Of a stretch of 64,000 nt of DNA, positions 41,863 to 51,014 are shown piece after piece (positions within the stretch are counted from its first letter, which is position 1; each line of letters opens with the position of its first letter). The DNA lies in the NCBI GenBank assembly GCA_963707915.1, contig OY970178.1, positions 2,944,001 to 3,008,000 of the forward strand. The letters are read 5' to 3'. The notes beneath the pieces are model-generated. The model had not been told where the DNA came from. It ran no database searches and saw only the letters and a list, made by a program, of their open reading frames with translations. The DNA comes from Candidatus Eiseniibacteriota bacterium. Its GTDB lineage: Bacteria; Eisenbacteria; RBG-16-71-46. Made by a program: the position numbers and the translations under genes.

Positions 41863-42458
41863 GACGCCTCCTTCCCTGGCTGGCGGCGCTGGTCGTCCTG
41901 GTCGTCGGGCTGGACCGGTGGACCAAGCACTGGGCCAGCACGACGCTGCCCTTCGGCCAGCCGATCCAGGTGTTGGGCGACTACCTGCGCCTCACCTACA
42001 CGCGCAACTCGGGCGTGGCCTTCGGCATCGGGCAGGGCACCGGCTTCCCGTACTACGTCTTCTCGCTGGTCGCCATCGTCGCGATCGTCTGGATGTTCCT
42101 GCGCGGCCGGGTGGGGCACGACCCGGTGCGCGGGGCCGCGCTCACGCTCATCCTGAGCGGCGCGGTCGGCAACCTCGTGGACCGCTTGACCAGCGGCGAG
42201 GTGGTGGACTTCATCGAGGTGGGGATCCCGCAGTGGCACTGGCCGATCTTCAACGTGGCGGACTCCGCGGTGACCGCGGGCGTGCTGCTCTTCGTGCTCT
42301 CCTGGTCGCGGGGGGGCGAGCCGGCGGTCGTGGCGGACGCCGCGGCGCCCGGCGCGGCGGGCGGCGATGAGCCGGCTCGACCTGGAGGTTCCGGCGTCGA
42401 GCGCGGGGGAGCGCCTGGACCGCTTCCTGGCGGCGGCGCAGAAGGACCTCTCCCGTAG
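41859..42458 (+). CDS. lspA: Lipoprotein signal peptidase II
   Basis: DRWTK, NSGVAFG, GAVGNLVDR, VVDFI and WPIFNVADS; GTGA overlap. Confidence 0.93.
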   Translation: MRRLLPWLAALVVLVVGLDRWTKHWASTTLPFGQPIQVLGDYLRLTYTRNSGVAFGIGQGTGFPYYVFSLVAIVAIVWMFLRGRVGHDPVRGAALTLILSGAVGNLVDRLTSGEVVDFIEVGIPQWHWPIFNVADSAVTAGVLLFVLSWSRGGEPAVVADAAAPGAAGGDEPARPGGSGVERGGAPGPLPGGGAEGPLP

Positions 42459-43347
42459 CCGCCTGCAGGCGCTGATCCGCGACGGCCGCGTGAAGGTCGA
42501 GGGCCGCGCGGCGCGCGCCTCGCAGCACCTGCGCGCGGGCGAGCGCGTGCTCGTCGAGTTGCCCGAGCCGCGCACGGTCGCGCTCCTGCCCGAGGCGATC
42601 CCGCTCGCCATCGTGCACGAGGACGCGCACCTGCTGGTGGTGGACAAGCCCGCCGGTCTCGTCGTCCACCCCGGTGCCGGGGTCGCGAGCGGCACGCTGG
42701 TGCACGCGCTGCTCCACCACGCGCCCGGGATCGCCGACGTCGGCGGCGCGGGCCGCCCGGGCATCGTCCATCGTCTCGACAAGCAGACCTCGGGGCTGAT
42801 GGTGGTGGCCAAGAGCGCCGCGGCCTACCGGGCGCTGGTCGAGATGCTGCGCGCGCGCACCGTGCGGCGGCGCTACCTGGCCATCGTCTGGGGCCTGCCG
42901 CGCGGCGCGAAGGGCACCATCGAGGGCGCCATCGGCCGCGATCCGCGGGAGCGCAAGCGCATGGCCGTGGTCGCCCGCGGGGGCAAGCCGGCGCGCACGC
43001 GCTGGCGGGTGCGCGAGCGGCTCGCGGGGGCCGCGCTGCTCGAGGTCGCTCTCGACACCGGGCGCACCCACCAGATCCGCGTGCACCTCGCCCACCTCGG
43101 CCACCCGGTGGCGGGCGACCCGCTCTACGGCGGACGCGGGAAGGCCCAGTTGAGCGGAACCGTGCAGGAGCGTAGTCTCCGCTCCGCCGTGCTCGAAGCG
43201 TTGTCGCGCCAGGCCCTCCACGCGACGGAACTCGAGTTTCCGCACCCCGTAACGGGAGAGCTGATGCGATTCCACTCGCCCCCGCCGGAAGACTTCGAAC
43301 GCGCGCTGGAGCTGCTGCGCACTTCCGCCAGCTCGAGGACGCGCTGA
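42367..43347 (+). CDS. RluA-family pseudouridine synthase (RluD-like, with S4 domain)
   Basis: RLDRFL, VDKPAGLVVHP, GIVHRLDKQTSG, TGRTHQIRVH and RQALHA. Confidence 0.93.
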   Translation: MSRLDLEVPASSAGERLDRFLAAAQKDLSRSRLQALIRDGRVKVEGRAARASQHLRAGERVLVELPEPRTVALLPEAIPLAIVHEDAHLLVVDKPAGLVVHPGAGVASGTLVHALLHHAPGIADVGGAGRPGIVHRLDKQTSGLMVVAKSAAAYRALVEMLRARTVRRRYLAIVWGLPRGAKGTIEGAIGRDPRERKRMAVVARGGKPARTRWRVRERLAGAALLEVALDTGRTHQIRVHLAHLGHPVAGDPLYGGRGKAQLSGTVQERSLRSAVLEALSRQALHATELEFPHPVTGELMRFHSPPPEDFERALELLRTSASSRTR

Positions 43348-43355
43348 GTCCCGAC

Positions 43356-43796
43356 ATGTCCGACGAACCGCACGCCCCCGAAGCCGTCCGCCTGACCATC
43401 CCGGGCCGGCTGGAACTCCTCGGCCTGTTCGACCGGGTGAGTTCGCTGCTGTGCGAGCGGGCGGGTTTCGGCGAGGACGCCTGCACGCAGGTGACGCTGT
43501 CGGTGATCGAGGCGGGCACGAACGCGGTCCAGCACGGCTCCCGAAGCGACCCCGCCAAGCTCGTCGAAGTGGTCTTCACCATGCACCCCGACCGGCTCGA
43601 GGTGACCGTGCACGACCAGGGCCCCGGCTTCTCGCTCGACGAGGTGGGCGGCGACGTCACGACGCCGGAGCGGCTGTTCGACGCGCGCGGGCGGGGCATC
43701 TTCATCATGCGCGCCTGCATGGACTCGGTGGACTTCACGTTCGACGGGTCCGGCACCACCTGCCGCCTCGTGAAGCGCCGCCCGTCCGGGAGCTGA
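43356..43796 (+). CDS. RsbW-like anti-sigma factor / HATPase_c_2 protein
   Basis: EAGTNAVQHG, DQGPGF and GRGIFIMRACMD. Confidence 0.85.
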   Translation: MSDEPHAPEAVRLTIPGRLELLGLFDRVSSLLCERAGFGEDACTQVTLSVIEAGTNAVQHGSRSDPAKLVEVVFTMHPDRLEVTVHDQGPGFSLDEVGGDVTTPERLFDARGRGIFIMRACMDSVDFTFDGSGTTCRLVKRRPSGS

Positions 43797-43813
43797 GGGC
43801 GGAAGCCCGCGCC

Positions 43814-44251
43814 ATGCGCGTGCTGGCGGTGGACTGGGGCGAGCGCCGGATCGGGCTCGCGGTGAGCGACCCGCTCGAGGTGATCGCCACCGGCCTCGCG
43901 ACCCTGCGGGTGCGCAGCGCGGCCGAGGGCGTGCAGGAGGTGGTCCGGGTCGCGCGCGAGACCGGGGCCGGTGGCGTGGTGGTGGGACTGCCGCTGCTCA
44001 TGGGCGGCGGGCACGGCACGGCCGCCGCCGCGGCGCAGCGCTTCGCCGACCAGGTGCGCGAGCTGTGCGGGCTGCCGGTCGAGACCTACGACGAGCGCCT
44101 CACCTCGGTGGTCAGCGAGCGCCGGCTGCACGAGACCGGCGTGCGCGTCGGCCGCGCCAAGGAACGCGTGGACCAGGGCGCGGCGGTGGCGCTGCTCGAG
44201 TCCTACCTGGCCCGGCTCCGGTCGCGGCGCGCCCGCGGGGAGGCGCCGTGA
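43814..44251 (+). CDS. ruvX: YqgF/RuvX family nuclease
   Basis: LAVDWGERRIGLAVSD, VVGLP, DERLTS and DQGAAVALL. Confidence 0.92.
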   Translation: MRVLAVDWGERRIGLAVSDPLEVIATGLATLRVRSAAEGVQEVVRVARETGAGGVVVGLPLLMGGGHGTAAAAAQRFADQVRELCGLPVETYDERLTSVVSERRLHETGVRVGRAKERVDQGAAVALLESYLARLRSRRARGEAP

Positions 44252-45381
44252 GGGGGCCGCTGCTGCCCCGCCTGCCGCGCCCGCGCCTGCGCATCTTCCG
44301 GCCGCGGCGCTGGGCCCTGCTGCTGGTGCTGGCCGGGGCCCTGGTGGTGGCCGCCGACCTGTTCTTCCCTGCGGGCCTGTTCCCGCCGCACGAGCGTCGC
44401 GCCATCCTGGTCGAGCGCGGCGCGACGCTGGGCCAGGTGGCCGGCGAGTTGAAGCGCGTCGGATTGCTGCGCGGCACGCTCGGCTTCCAGGTGCTGGCGC
44501 GGCTCATGCGGCTCGACCGCCACATCCAGGCGGGGCAGTACGACTTCGCGCTCGGCACGCCGGTGTCCGGGCTGCTGCGCGCGCTGTCGACCGGCATGGG
44601 CGCGCTGAACCTCATCACCATCCCCGAGGGCCTCACGCTGCAGGAGACCGGCGCGCTGCTCGCGCGCCACCTGGGCGTGCCCGCGGCGGCGTTCGATTCG
44701 CTCGGGCACGACCCCGCGTTCTGCGACTCGGCGGGGGTGGAGGCCGCCTCGCTCGAAGGCTACCTGGGGCCCGACACCTACTCGTTCCTGCCGGGCACAC
44801 CGCCCGAGGTGGCGCTGCGCACGATGGTCGCGCGCCAGAAGGAGGTGCTGCGCCGCGCGGCGTCCGGGCGCGACTCGCTGCCGCTCGGCCTGTCGCTCCC
44901 GCAACTGCTGGTGCTCGCCTCGATCGTCGAGTCGGAGGCGCAGCGCCCCGCGGAGCGCGCGCGCATCGCGCGCGTCTACCTCAACCGGCTGGCGCGCGGC
45001 ATGAAGCTGCAGGCGGACCCGACCGTGGCCTACGGCCTGGGCATGACGCCGCGCTCGCGCCTCTTCCTCAAGAACCTGCGCAGCGCCTCGCCCTACAACA
45101 CCTACCTGCACGCGGGCCTTCCGCCGGGGCCGATTTGCAGCCCGGGCGCCGCGTCGATCGTGGCGGCGGTGAATCCCGTGCCCCCCGAGCCGGTGCTCTA
45201 CTTCGTGGCCCGCGGCGACGGCAGCCACCTGTTCGGGCGCAGCTACGAGGAGCACCTCGCGAACATCCGCGCCGCCCGCATGCAGCAGGCGGACGCCGCG
45301 GCGAGCGCCGAATCGCCGGCGGTGCTGGACTCGCTCCCGGCGAAGCCGGCGCCCTCCGGCGCGAGCCCCGCCCGGCGCTGA
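44248..45381 (+). CDS. mltG: Endolytic transglycosylase
   Basis: TIPEG, LEGYLGPDTY, LASIVESE, LQADPTV, SPYNTY and GLPPGPI. Confidence 0.93.
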   Translation: MRGPLLPRLPRPRLRIFRPRRWALLLVLAGALVVAADLFFPAGLFPPHERRAILVERGATLGQVAGELKRVGLLRGTLGFQVLARLMRLDRHIQAGQYDFALGTPVSGLLRALSTGMGALNLITIPEGLTLQETGALLARHLGVPAAAFDSLGHDPAFCDSAGVEAASLEGYLGPDTYSFLPGTPPEVALRTMVARQKEVLRRAASGRDSLPLGLSLPQLLVLASIVESEAQRPAERARIARVYLNRLARGMKLQADPTVAYGLGMTPRSRLFLKNLRSASPYNTYLHAGLPPGPICSPGAASIVAAVNPVPPEPVLYFVARGDGSHLFGRSYEEHLANIRAARMQQADAAASAESPAVLDSLPAKPAPSGASPARR

Positions 45382-45595
45382 TCCCGCGGGCAGCGCGGCG
45401 ATCGGCGGGAGCCGGCCGGGGAATCCGGGCCCTCTTCAGGCCCCGCCGGCCGGGCGTCCGGCCCCGCACCCTGCACGAGCTCCCGTTGCGAAATCGGGCC
45501 CGCTGCGTGCCCCGGGAGCGGCCCCGGGACGGTTCCCCGGGGGCTCGAACCCCCTAGCTCACTGCGGTGCAACGCGCCCGGCCGCAACCCGAAGG

Positions 45596-45611
45596 TGGCA
45601 CCGGGGTTGCA
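45596..45611 (+). promoter_or_regulatory. sigma54 (-24/-12) promoter of the pilin cassette
   Basis: TGGCACCGGGGTTGCA, a near-perfect TGGCAC-N5-TTGCA. Confidence 0.8.
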
Positions 45612-45655
45612 TAGACCCGGGCGGGTAATCGTCTGTTCCCCTCTCGGAGACCCGC

Positions 45656-46135
45656 ATGGATTCGCGTGGCTTCAGTCTCATCGAGCTCATGATCGTCGTC
45701 GTGGTGGCCGGGCTGGTGCTCACCTTCGGGCTCCCGGCCTTCGGCACGTTCCGTGACGGCATGACCCTCGTCCAGGCCCGTGACCAGGTCACGCAGGACC
45801 TGCGCATGGCACGGCAGACCGCGGTCACCCGGCACTGCCCGGTCGTGGTCACGTTCGGCGACGGGGCGACCACCACGAACGTCCGCGACTACTCGGTCCT
45901 CTACGACACCAACGGTGACGGCGCGGCGTCGACCGGCGAGCGCAACGTCAACCGCCGGATGCCGAGCCGCACGCGGATGAGCCAGGTCTCCCTCATGCCC
46001 ACCAACAAGCTGACGTTCGACATGAGCGGGGTGCTCAAGCCGGGCACCGCGGGCGGCGAGCTGGTCTTCGCCAGCCCGCGCGGCCGGGTGGACACGGTGC
46101 TGGTCTCCGCGACCGGCGTGGTGTACCGGCCGTGA
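45656..46135 (+). CDS. Type IV minor pilin, FimT/GspH-like
   Basis: Prepilin site G|FSLIELMIV; LRMARQTAV. Confidence 0.88.
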   Translation: MDSRGFSLIELMIVVVVAGLVLTFGLPAFGTFRDGMTLVQARDQVTQDLRMARQTAVTRHCPVVVTFGDGATTTNVRDYSVLYDTNGDGAASTGERNVNRRMPSRTRMSQVSLMPTNKLTFDMSGVLKPGTAGGELVFASPRGRVDTVLVSATGVVYRP

Positions 46136-46569
46136 GCGCGCGCCCCGGCATCCGCAGGAGGGCCGCACGGCCCGCGCCCGGGCGCGCGGCGGGCTTCTCG
46201 CTGGTCGAGGTCATCATCGCGCTCGCGGTGTTCATGGTCGGGGCGCTCTCGCTCTCGGTGGTGATGCCGCTGGCGACCAAGCGCATCGTGGCCGCGTCCT
46301 CGCAGACCCGGGCCTCCGAGCTGTCGGCGGAGTGCGCCGAGCGCATCCTGGTCACGCCCTGGGACGACGGCGCGCTGGTCGACGGCACTCACGTCGACGC
46401 GACCAATCCCCACGACGGCGTCTACTACGTGAGCTGGGCGGTCCGGGACAGCATCCCGGTGCCGAACTGCAAGCGGGTCATCGTCAGCGTCAGCCGGCGC
46501 TCGGCCACCGCCGCCCCGCTGGCCCAGGTCACCGTCATCGTGCCCCGGGCCGGAGCGACGACGCCATGA
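46132..46569 (+). CDS. Type IV minor pilin, PilV-like
   Basis: G|FSLVEVIIAL; short; GTGA overlap. Confidence 0.82.
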   Translation: MSARPGIRRRAARPAPGRAAGFSLVEVIIALAVFMVGALSLSVVMPLATKRIVAASSQTRASELSAECAERILVTPWDDGALVDGTHVDATNPHDGVYYVSWAVRDSIPVPNCKRVIVSVSRRSATAAPLAQVTVIVPRAGATTP

Positions 46570-47438
46570 CCCCCCGCCCCCGCGGCCGGGCCGCCGGCGC
46601 CAGCGGCTTCACCCTGATCGAGCTGATCATCGCCCTCTCGGTCATGGCCCTGGTGCTGATCGCGGTGTTCACGACCTTCTTCCGCTCGCAGCAGGTGAGC
46701 CAGACCATGTCCACCGCGGTGAACCTGCGCCAGGGCGTGCGCGGGGCGAACCAGTTGCTCGAGCGCGAGCTGCGCATGGCCGGATCGGGCTGGGGCCGCT
46801 GCACCGTGGACCACTACTCGGCCGGCGGGACGGACTCGGTCTTCGCGGTGAACTTCGGGCCGGGTGGCACGGCCGCGTGCGACTCGATCAGCATCATGGG
46901 GGGCTGGACCGCGGCGACCGTGCTGAACGCGGCGATGCCCACCGCGACCTCGAGCCTCCCGGTGGCCAGCGCGACGGGCTTCGCGGCCAACGACCTGGTG
47001 GTGGTCACGAACGGGTCGAGCGCGCACCTGTTCCAGGTCACGGACGTGCAGACCTCGCCGGCCGCGCTGACGATCGGCTCGGCCTCGTCCTTCAACCCGC
47101 CCACCGGCACGACGCTGATGAACTGGCCGGCCGGCGGCTACGCCACCGGGGCGCAGGTCTACCGGGTCTCGTGGGTGAGCTACGGGATCGACAGCACGAC
47201 CTTCCGCCGCACGGCGCTGGTGCGCCGCGAGTTCGGCGGCACGCCTCAGCTGGTCGCGTACGACGTGTCGGGGTTCCAGGTCCACTACCGCATGCAGGAC
47301 GGCACCACGACGCGGAGCCCGTCGGACTTCCACATGGTGGACGAGATCGTTCCGGTCATCTGGACGCGCCAGGCGGTTCGCGGCCGGGCGACGATGGTGG
47401 ACTCGGTGTGGGCGGTCGTGCGTCCACGGACCTTCTAG
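46566..47438 (+). CDS. Type IV minor pilin, PilW-like
   Basis: G|FTLIELIIAL; LERELRMAG; ATGA overlap. Confidence 0.85.
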   Translation: MTPRPRGRAAGASGFTLIELIIALSVMALVLIAVFTTFFRSQQVSQTMSTAVNLRQGVRGANQLLERELRMAGSGWGRCTVDHYSAGGTDSVFAVNFGPGGTAACDSISIMGGWTAATVLNAAMPTATSSLPVASATGFAANDLVVVTNGSSAHLFQVTDVQTSPAALTIGSASSFNPPTGTTLMNWPAGGYATGAQVYRVSWVSYGIDSTTFRRTALVRREFGGTPQLVAYDVSGFQVHYRMQDGTTTRSPSDFHMVDEIVPVIWTRQAVRGRATMVDSVWAVVRPRTF

Positions 47439-47450
47439 AGGAGATCGCTC

Positions 47451-49100
47451 ATGGACCCCGTGACCCGCCCCGGTTGCGGCCGGCGTCAGCGCGGCTTCGC
47501 GCTGGTCGCCGCGCTGCTCGTGCTGATGCTGACCGCGATCCTCGCCATCACCTATTTCAGCATCACCACCGGGGAGCGGACGCAGTCTTCCAACGTGCAC
47601 GTGGCGCGCGCCTCGCTGTACGCGGCGGACGCCGGCGTGCGCGCGGTCGAGCAGGCCCTGGCCAACTACGGGAAGGCCAAGCTCGACAGCCTGGCGCTGA
47701 TCCAGAGCGGCACCAACCCGCTGATCTCGGTGGCGGGCCGGCTGACCTTCTTCCCGACGGGCGCGCTGCCGTCCATCAACTGCACCAACCCGGCCTTCAA
47801 CGCCAACGGCACGGTGACCTTCGTCGACGCCACCATCCAGGACACCGCCCAGACCTACAACTACCTGTTCACCATCAACTCGACCGGCACCCGCGGCGGG
47901 ATCGGACGGCGCATGGTCCAGAGCCAGGGCATCCTGCGGGTGAGCGCCTCGCGCGGCAGCTTCGCCGACTACCTGTTGTTCACCAACATCCACCTGATGG
48001 CGGACAACTCGCAGGTCTGGTTCAGCTCGACCACCAACTTCGACGGGCGCATGCACACCAACGGCGAGTACCGCTTCGCCTACAAGCCGACCTTCCAGGA
48101 CCTGGCGAGCAGCGTGAACTCGAAGGCCTGGTACTACAACGGCGGCGGCACCGCCAAGGAGCTGGCCGCGGACAAGAACGGCACCATCGACGTGCCCAAC
48201 TTCTACGGCGGCTTCAACCGCGGGGCGCCGAGCGTCACCCTGCCGGCGGACCCCTACAACCAGCAGAACGCCGCCCTGGGCCTGAGCCCGAGCAGCACCA
48301 CCGCGCCGACCACCGCGCAGATCCGCACCGCGCTGGGCATCACCAGCGGCAGCGGCGTGCCCAACGACGTCTACGTGCCGAACGACGGGAGCGCGCTCAC
48401 CGGTGGCATCTACGTGCAGGGCGACCTGACGCAGTGCTCCATGAAGGTGGACGCCGCCGGGAACCAGGTCTACCTGCTCAAGCAGGGCACGTCCACGGAC
48501 ACCGTGCGGGTGAACCACGCCGCGGGCACGACCACCTGGTACAACGCGGGCACCGGGACCAGCCACACCTACAGCGGCACGATGCGGGGCATCATGTTCA
48601 CCAACGGCGCGATCAGCGACCTGCGCGGCCCGGACCGCGTCAGCGGCGTGCCGCCGCCGGCGCTCGCCACCGACACGCAGATGCTGATCGCGAGCACCGG
48701 CGACATCGTGGTGCAGCGCGACGTCACCTGCAAGAACTTCGACACCAGCAGCAACGTGCTGGGGCTCTACACCAGCGGCGGCAGCGTGCGCATCGGCACC
48801 GGCGCGCCGAACGACATGAACCTGGACGCCTACGTCATGGCGACCGGCACGTCCGGGGCGTTGCAGGTGGACAACTACAACTCGGGCAGTCCGCGCGGGA
48901 CGTTCCACCTGCGCGGCGGCGCGGTCACCAAGTACTACGGCGCCTTCGGCACGATGAACACCAGCGGCGTGCAGCAGTCGGGCTTCAACCGGGACTTCCA
49001 CTACGACCGGCGCGGGCTGGTGCCGCCCTACTACCCGACCACGCCCCGCATGAACCCCGACGTGCCGACGGCACGCACGCTCTCCTGGAAGGAGATGTGA
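47451..49100 (+). CDS. Large PilX-like pilin with an extended beta-rich C-terminal domain
   Basis: G|FALVAAL (no Glu5); SLYAADAG; GRMHTNG; FHYDRR; terminal SWKEM. Confidence 0.82.
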   Translation: MDPVTRPGCGRRQRGFALVAALLVLMLTAILAITYFSITTGERTQSSNVHVARASLYAADAGVRAVEQALANYGKAKLDSLALIQSGTNPLISVAGRLTFFPTGALPSINCTNPAFNANGTVTFVDATIQDTAQTYNYLFTINSTGTRGGIGRRMVQSQGILRVSASRGSFADYLLFTNIHLMADNSQVWFSSTTNFDGRMHTNGEYRFAYKPTFQDLASSVNSKAWYYNGGGTAKELAADKNGTIDVPNFYGGFNRGAPSVTLPADPYNQQNAALGLSPSSTTAPTTAQIRTALGITSGSGVPNDVYVPNDGSALTGGIYVQGDLTQCSMKVDAAGNQVYLLKQGTSTDTVRVNHAAGTTTWYNAGTGTSHTYSGTMRGIMFTNGAISDLRGPDRVSGVPPPALATDTQMLIASTGDIVVQRDVTCKNFDTSSNVLGLYTSGGSVRIGTGAPNDMNLDAYVMATGTSGALQVDNYNSGSPRGTFHLRGGAVTKYYGAFGTMNTSGVQQSGFNRDFHYDRRGLVPPYYPTTPRMNPDVPTARTLSWKEM

Positions 49101-49324
49101 TGAAGAAGCTCGGCGGACTCGACCCCTTCACGCTGGTCATGCTGGTCCTGGTCGTGCTGTGCGCGGGAGTGCTGGGCTACGAAGGCCTGAAGCGGCTGCA
49201 GCGGCCGGCCCCGCAGGCCACCACCCTGGCGAACGCGCCCGCGCCGGCCGACCCGTCCCCGGCGCCGCCGCCGGCCCCGGAACCGCAGCCGGCGCCGCAG
49301 CGCGGCGAGCGCATCAATATCTAG
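49100..49324 (+). CDS. Small single-TM protein with a Pro-rich tail
   Basis: TGATG coupling to the pilX-like stop; AAGGAG RBS; one hydrophobic helix. Confidence 0.6.
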   Translation: MKKLGGLDPFTLVMLVLVVLCAGVLGYEGLKRLQRPAPQATTLANAPAPADPSPAPPPAPEPQPAPQRGERINI

Positions 49325-49396
49325 GAGCGTGCTGCTCCCGGCCGTTCGGCCATCCCGCTTAGTCGCCACGGGGACGTGTGCTAGCCTCCGTTCCCC

Positions 49397-50272
49397 GTGG
49401 CGACTTCCCCTTTGACCCGGCATTCCGGCGACGCCCCCGATCCGCCCGCCCGCCCGCCCGGCGACCCGGCGTGGGCCGCGCGGCTCGAGCGCCTGCGCGA
49501 GTTGTTGCGCGGGCTCGGCAGCGTGGTCGTCGCCTACTCGGGCGGCGTGGACTCGAGCCTGCTGCTGCGCGTGGCGCACGAGACGCTGGGCGAGCGGGCG
49601 CTGGGGGTGATCGGGCGCTCCGATTCCTACGCGGCGCGCGAGCTGGAACTCGCCCGCGCGCAGGCGGCCTCGTTCGGCGCGCGGCTCGAGGTGGTGACCA
49701 CCGGCGAACTGGCCGACCCGGCCTTCCGGGCGAACCCGGCCGAGCGCTGTTATCACTGCAAGAGCGAGCTTTACCGGCAACTGGACGCCGTGGCGCGGCG
49801 CACGGGAGCGGTGATCGTGGACGGCACCATCGCCGACGACCTGTCCGACTGGCGGCCCGGCCGGCGCGCCGCGGCGGAGCGCGGCGTGCGCTCGCCGCTG
49901 GCCGAGCTGGGCTTCGTCAAGGCCGACGTGCGCGCCGCGGCCGCCCACTTCGGCCTCGCGAGCGCGGGCAAGCCGGCCTCGCCCTGCCTGGCCTCGCGCA
50001 TCCCGTACGGGACCGAGATCACGCGCGCGAGCCTCGCCATGATCGAGGGGGCCGAGGAGTTGCTGCGCTCCCTGGGCTTCGCCGAACTGCGCGTGCGGCA
50101 CCACGGCGACACCGCCCGCATCGAGGTCCCGCTCGCCGAGCTGGCGCGCTTCGCCGAGCCGGGCCTTCGCGAGCGCGTGGTCGGGGGGCTCAAGGCGCTG
50201 GGATACCGCACGATAACGCTTGACCTCGAGGGTTTCCGCTCGGGCAGCCTCAACCAGGTGCTGGGCGCCTGA
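49397..50272 (+). CDS. larE: ATP-dependent sacrificial sulfur transferase, LarE family
   Basis: PP-loop AYSGGVDS, RCYHCK, DWRPG, PCLASRIPYG, RVRHHG and GFRSGSLN. Confidence 0.9.
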   Translation: MATSPLTRHSGDAPDPPARPPGDPAWAARLERLRELLRGLGSVVVAYSGGVDSSLLLRVAHETLGERALGVIGRSDSYAARELELARAQAASFGARLEVVTTGELADPAFRANPAERCYHCKSELYRQLDAVARRTGAVIVDGTIADDLSDWRPGRRAAAERGVRSPLAELGFVKADVRAAAAHFGLASAGKPASPCLASRIPYGTEITRASLAMIEGAEELLRSLGFAELRVRHHGDTARIEVPLAELARFAEPGLRERVVGGLKALGYRTITLDLEGFRSGSLNQVLGA

Positions 50273-50558
50273 TTGGGCCGGGGGCGCCGGGGGAGGACTC
50301 CCGGGCGCGGCCCGTCCGGGGACCGTTCCCGGGCCGCTTGCTTCGCGGGTCGGGACGTTGAGAATATCTGGAACCGCCGTGCCCTGTGCCCGTGTACTAC
50401 CCGTACGCCCCACAGAGGCGGCGGCACGAAATCGCGGTCTTCGCTGGGACCGTCGGTGCCCTGGGCCCTCAAGGCCCCGAAACGCCGATGCTCCCGGTCC
50501 GGCCGCCCGGTCCGAAGCGTCGGCATTCGTGTTTTCCGCCCGCAGCAGGAGGTCGTGG

Positions 50559-50804
50559 ATGAGCGTGGTGAAGTCGGCCCGTCAAAGGGCACAGAGACGG
50601 GCCCAGGAAGTCGACCTGGGGTTCACCTGGGGGCCGGCCAACAGCGTCCTCCTGGCCTTGGGAGTGGGGGTGCTGGCAGTGGGTTATGTGACCCTGGCGA
50701 AGGGTTCCATCACCCTGTCCCCGGTGCTCCTGGTGTTCGGCTACTGCGTCATCATCCCGGGTTCCCTGCTGTTTCGTGGGCGAAAGACGGGTTCGGGCGA
50801 ATAG
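50559..50804 (+). CDS. Small two-TM membrane protein (DUF3098-like); stop codon lies within tRNA-Val
   Basis: AGGAGG RBS 6 nt before the ATG; NSVLLALG...GY...SITLSPVLLVFGYCVIIP. Confidence 0.75.
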   Translation: MSVVKSARQRAQRRAQEVDLGFTWGPANSVLLALGVGVLAVGYVTLAKGSITLSPVLLVFGYCVIIPGSLLFRGRKTGSGE

Positions 50805-50870
50805 CTCAGCTGGCAGAGCGCTTGCCTTACAAGCAAGAGGTCACAGGTTCGAGCCCTGTTTCGCCCACCA
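50795..50870 (+). tRNA. tRNA-Val(TAC)
   Basis: GGGCGAA/TTCGCCC acceptor stem; CTTGC-CTTACAA-GCAAG; GGTTCGAGCC; encoded CCA. Confidence 0.97.
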
Positions 50871-50984
50871 GGTGGGGCGCTGAGATCACGGGAAGCACCG
50901 GCCGGTCGGGCCCCGCGGGGCCGCAGACCCCCGGAGAAGGCAGGAAAATCGCAGAGATCGTCAGTTCGAGCGTCAAGAATGGTC

Positions 50985-51014
50985 TTGACAGTGTGATGGC
51001 AGGACCCATAAACT
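50985..51014 (+). promoter_or_regulatory. Strong sigma70 promoter (TTGACA-N18-TAAACT)
   Basis: Consensus -35 in an AT-richer intergenic region about 170 nt upstream of ATG 51185. Confidence 0.65.

Noticed and set aside
42367..42458. 92-nt overlap of lspA with the RluA-family gene as a possible frameshift
   Set aside because: Both proteins are complete. The overlap only encodes a low-complexity LspA tail.
45381..45655. c-di-GMP riboswitch upstream of the pilin genes
   Set aside because: No GEMM-type GGCAAA..GAAA..GACGCAAA pattern. The GCAACCC/GGGTTGC stem overlaps and is explained by the sigma54 site.
50454..50490. Hammerhead ribozyme (stem followed by CGAAAC)
   Set aside because: The CUGANGA core is absent.
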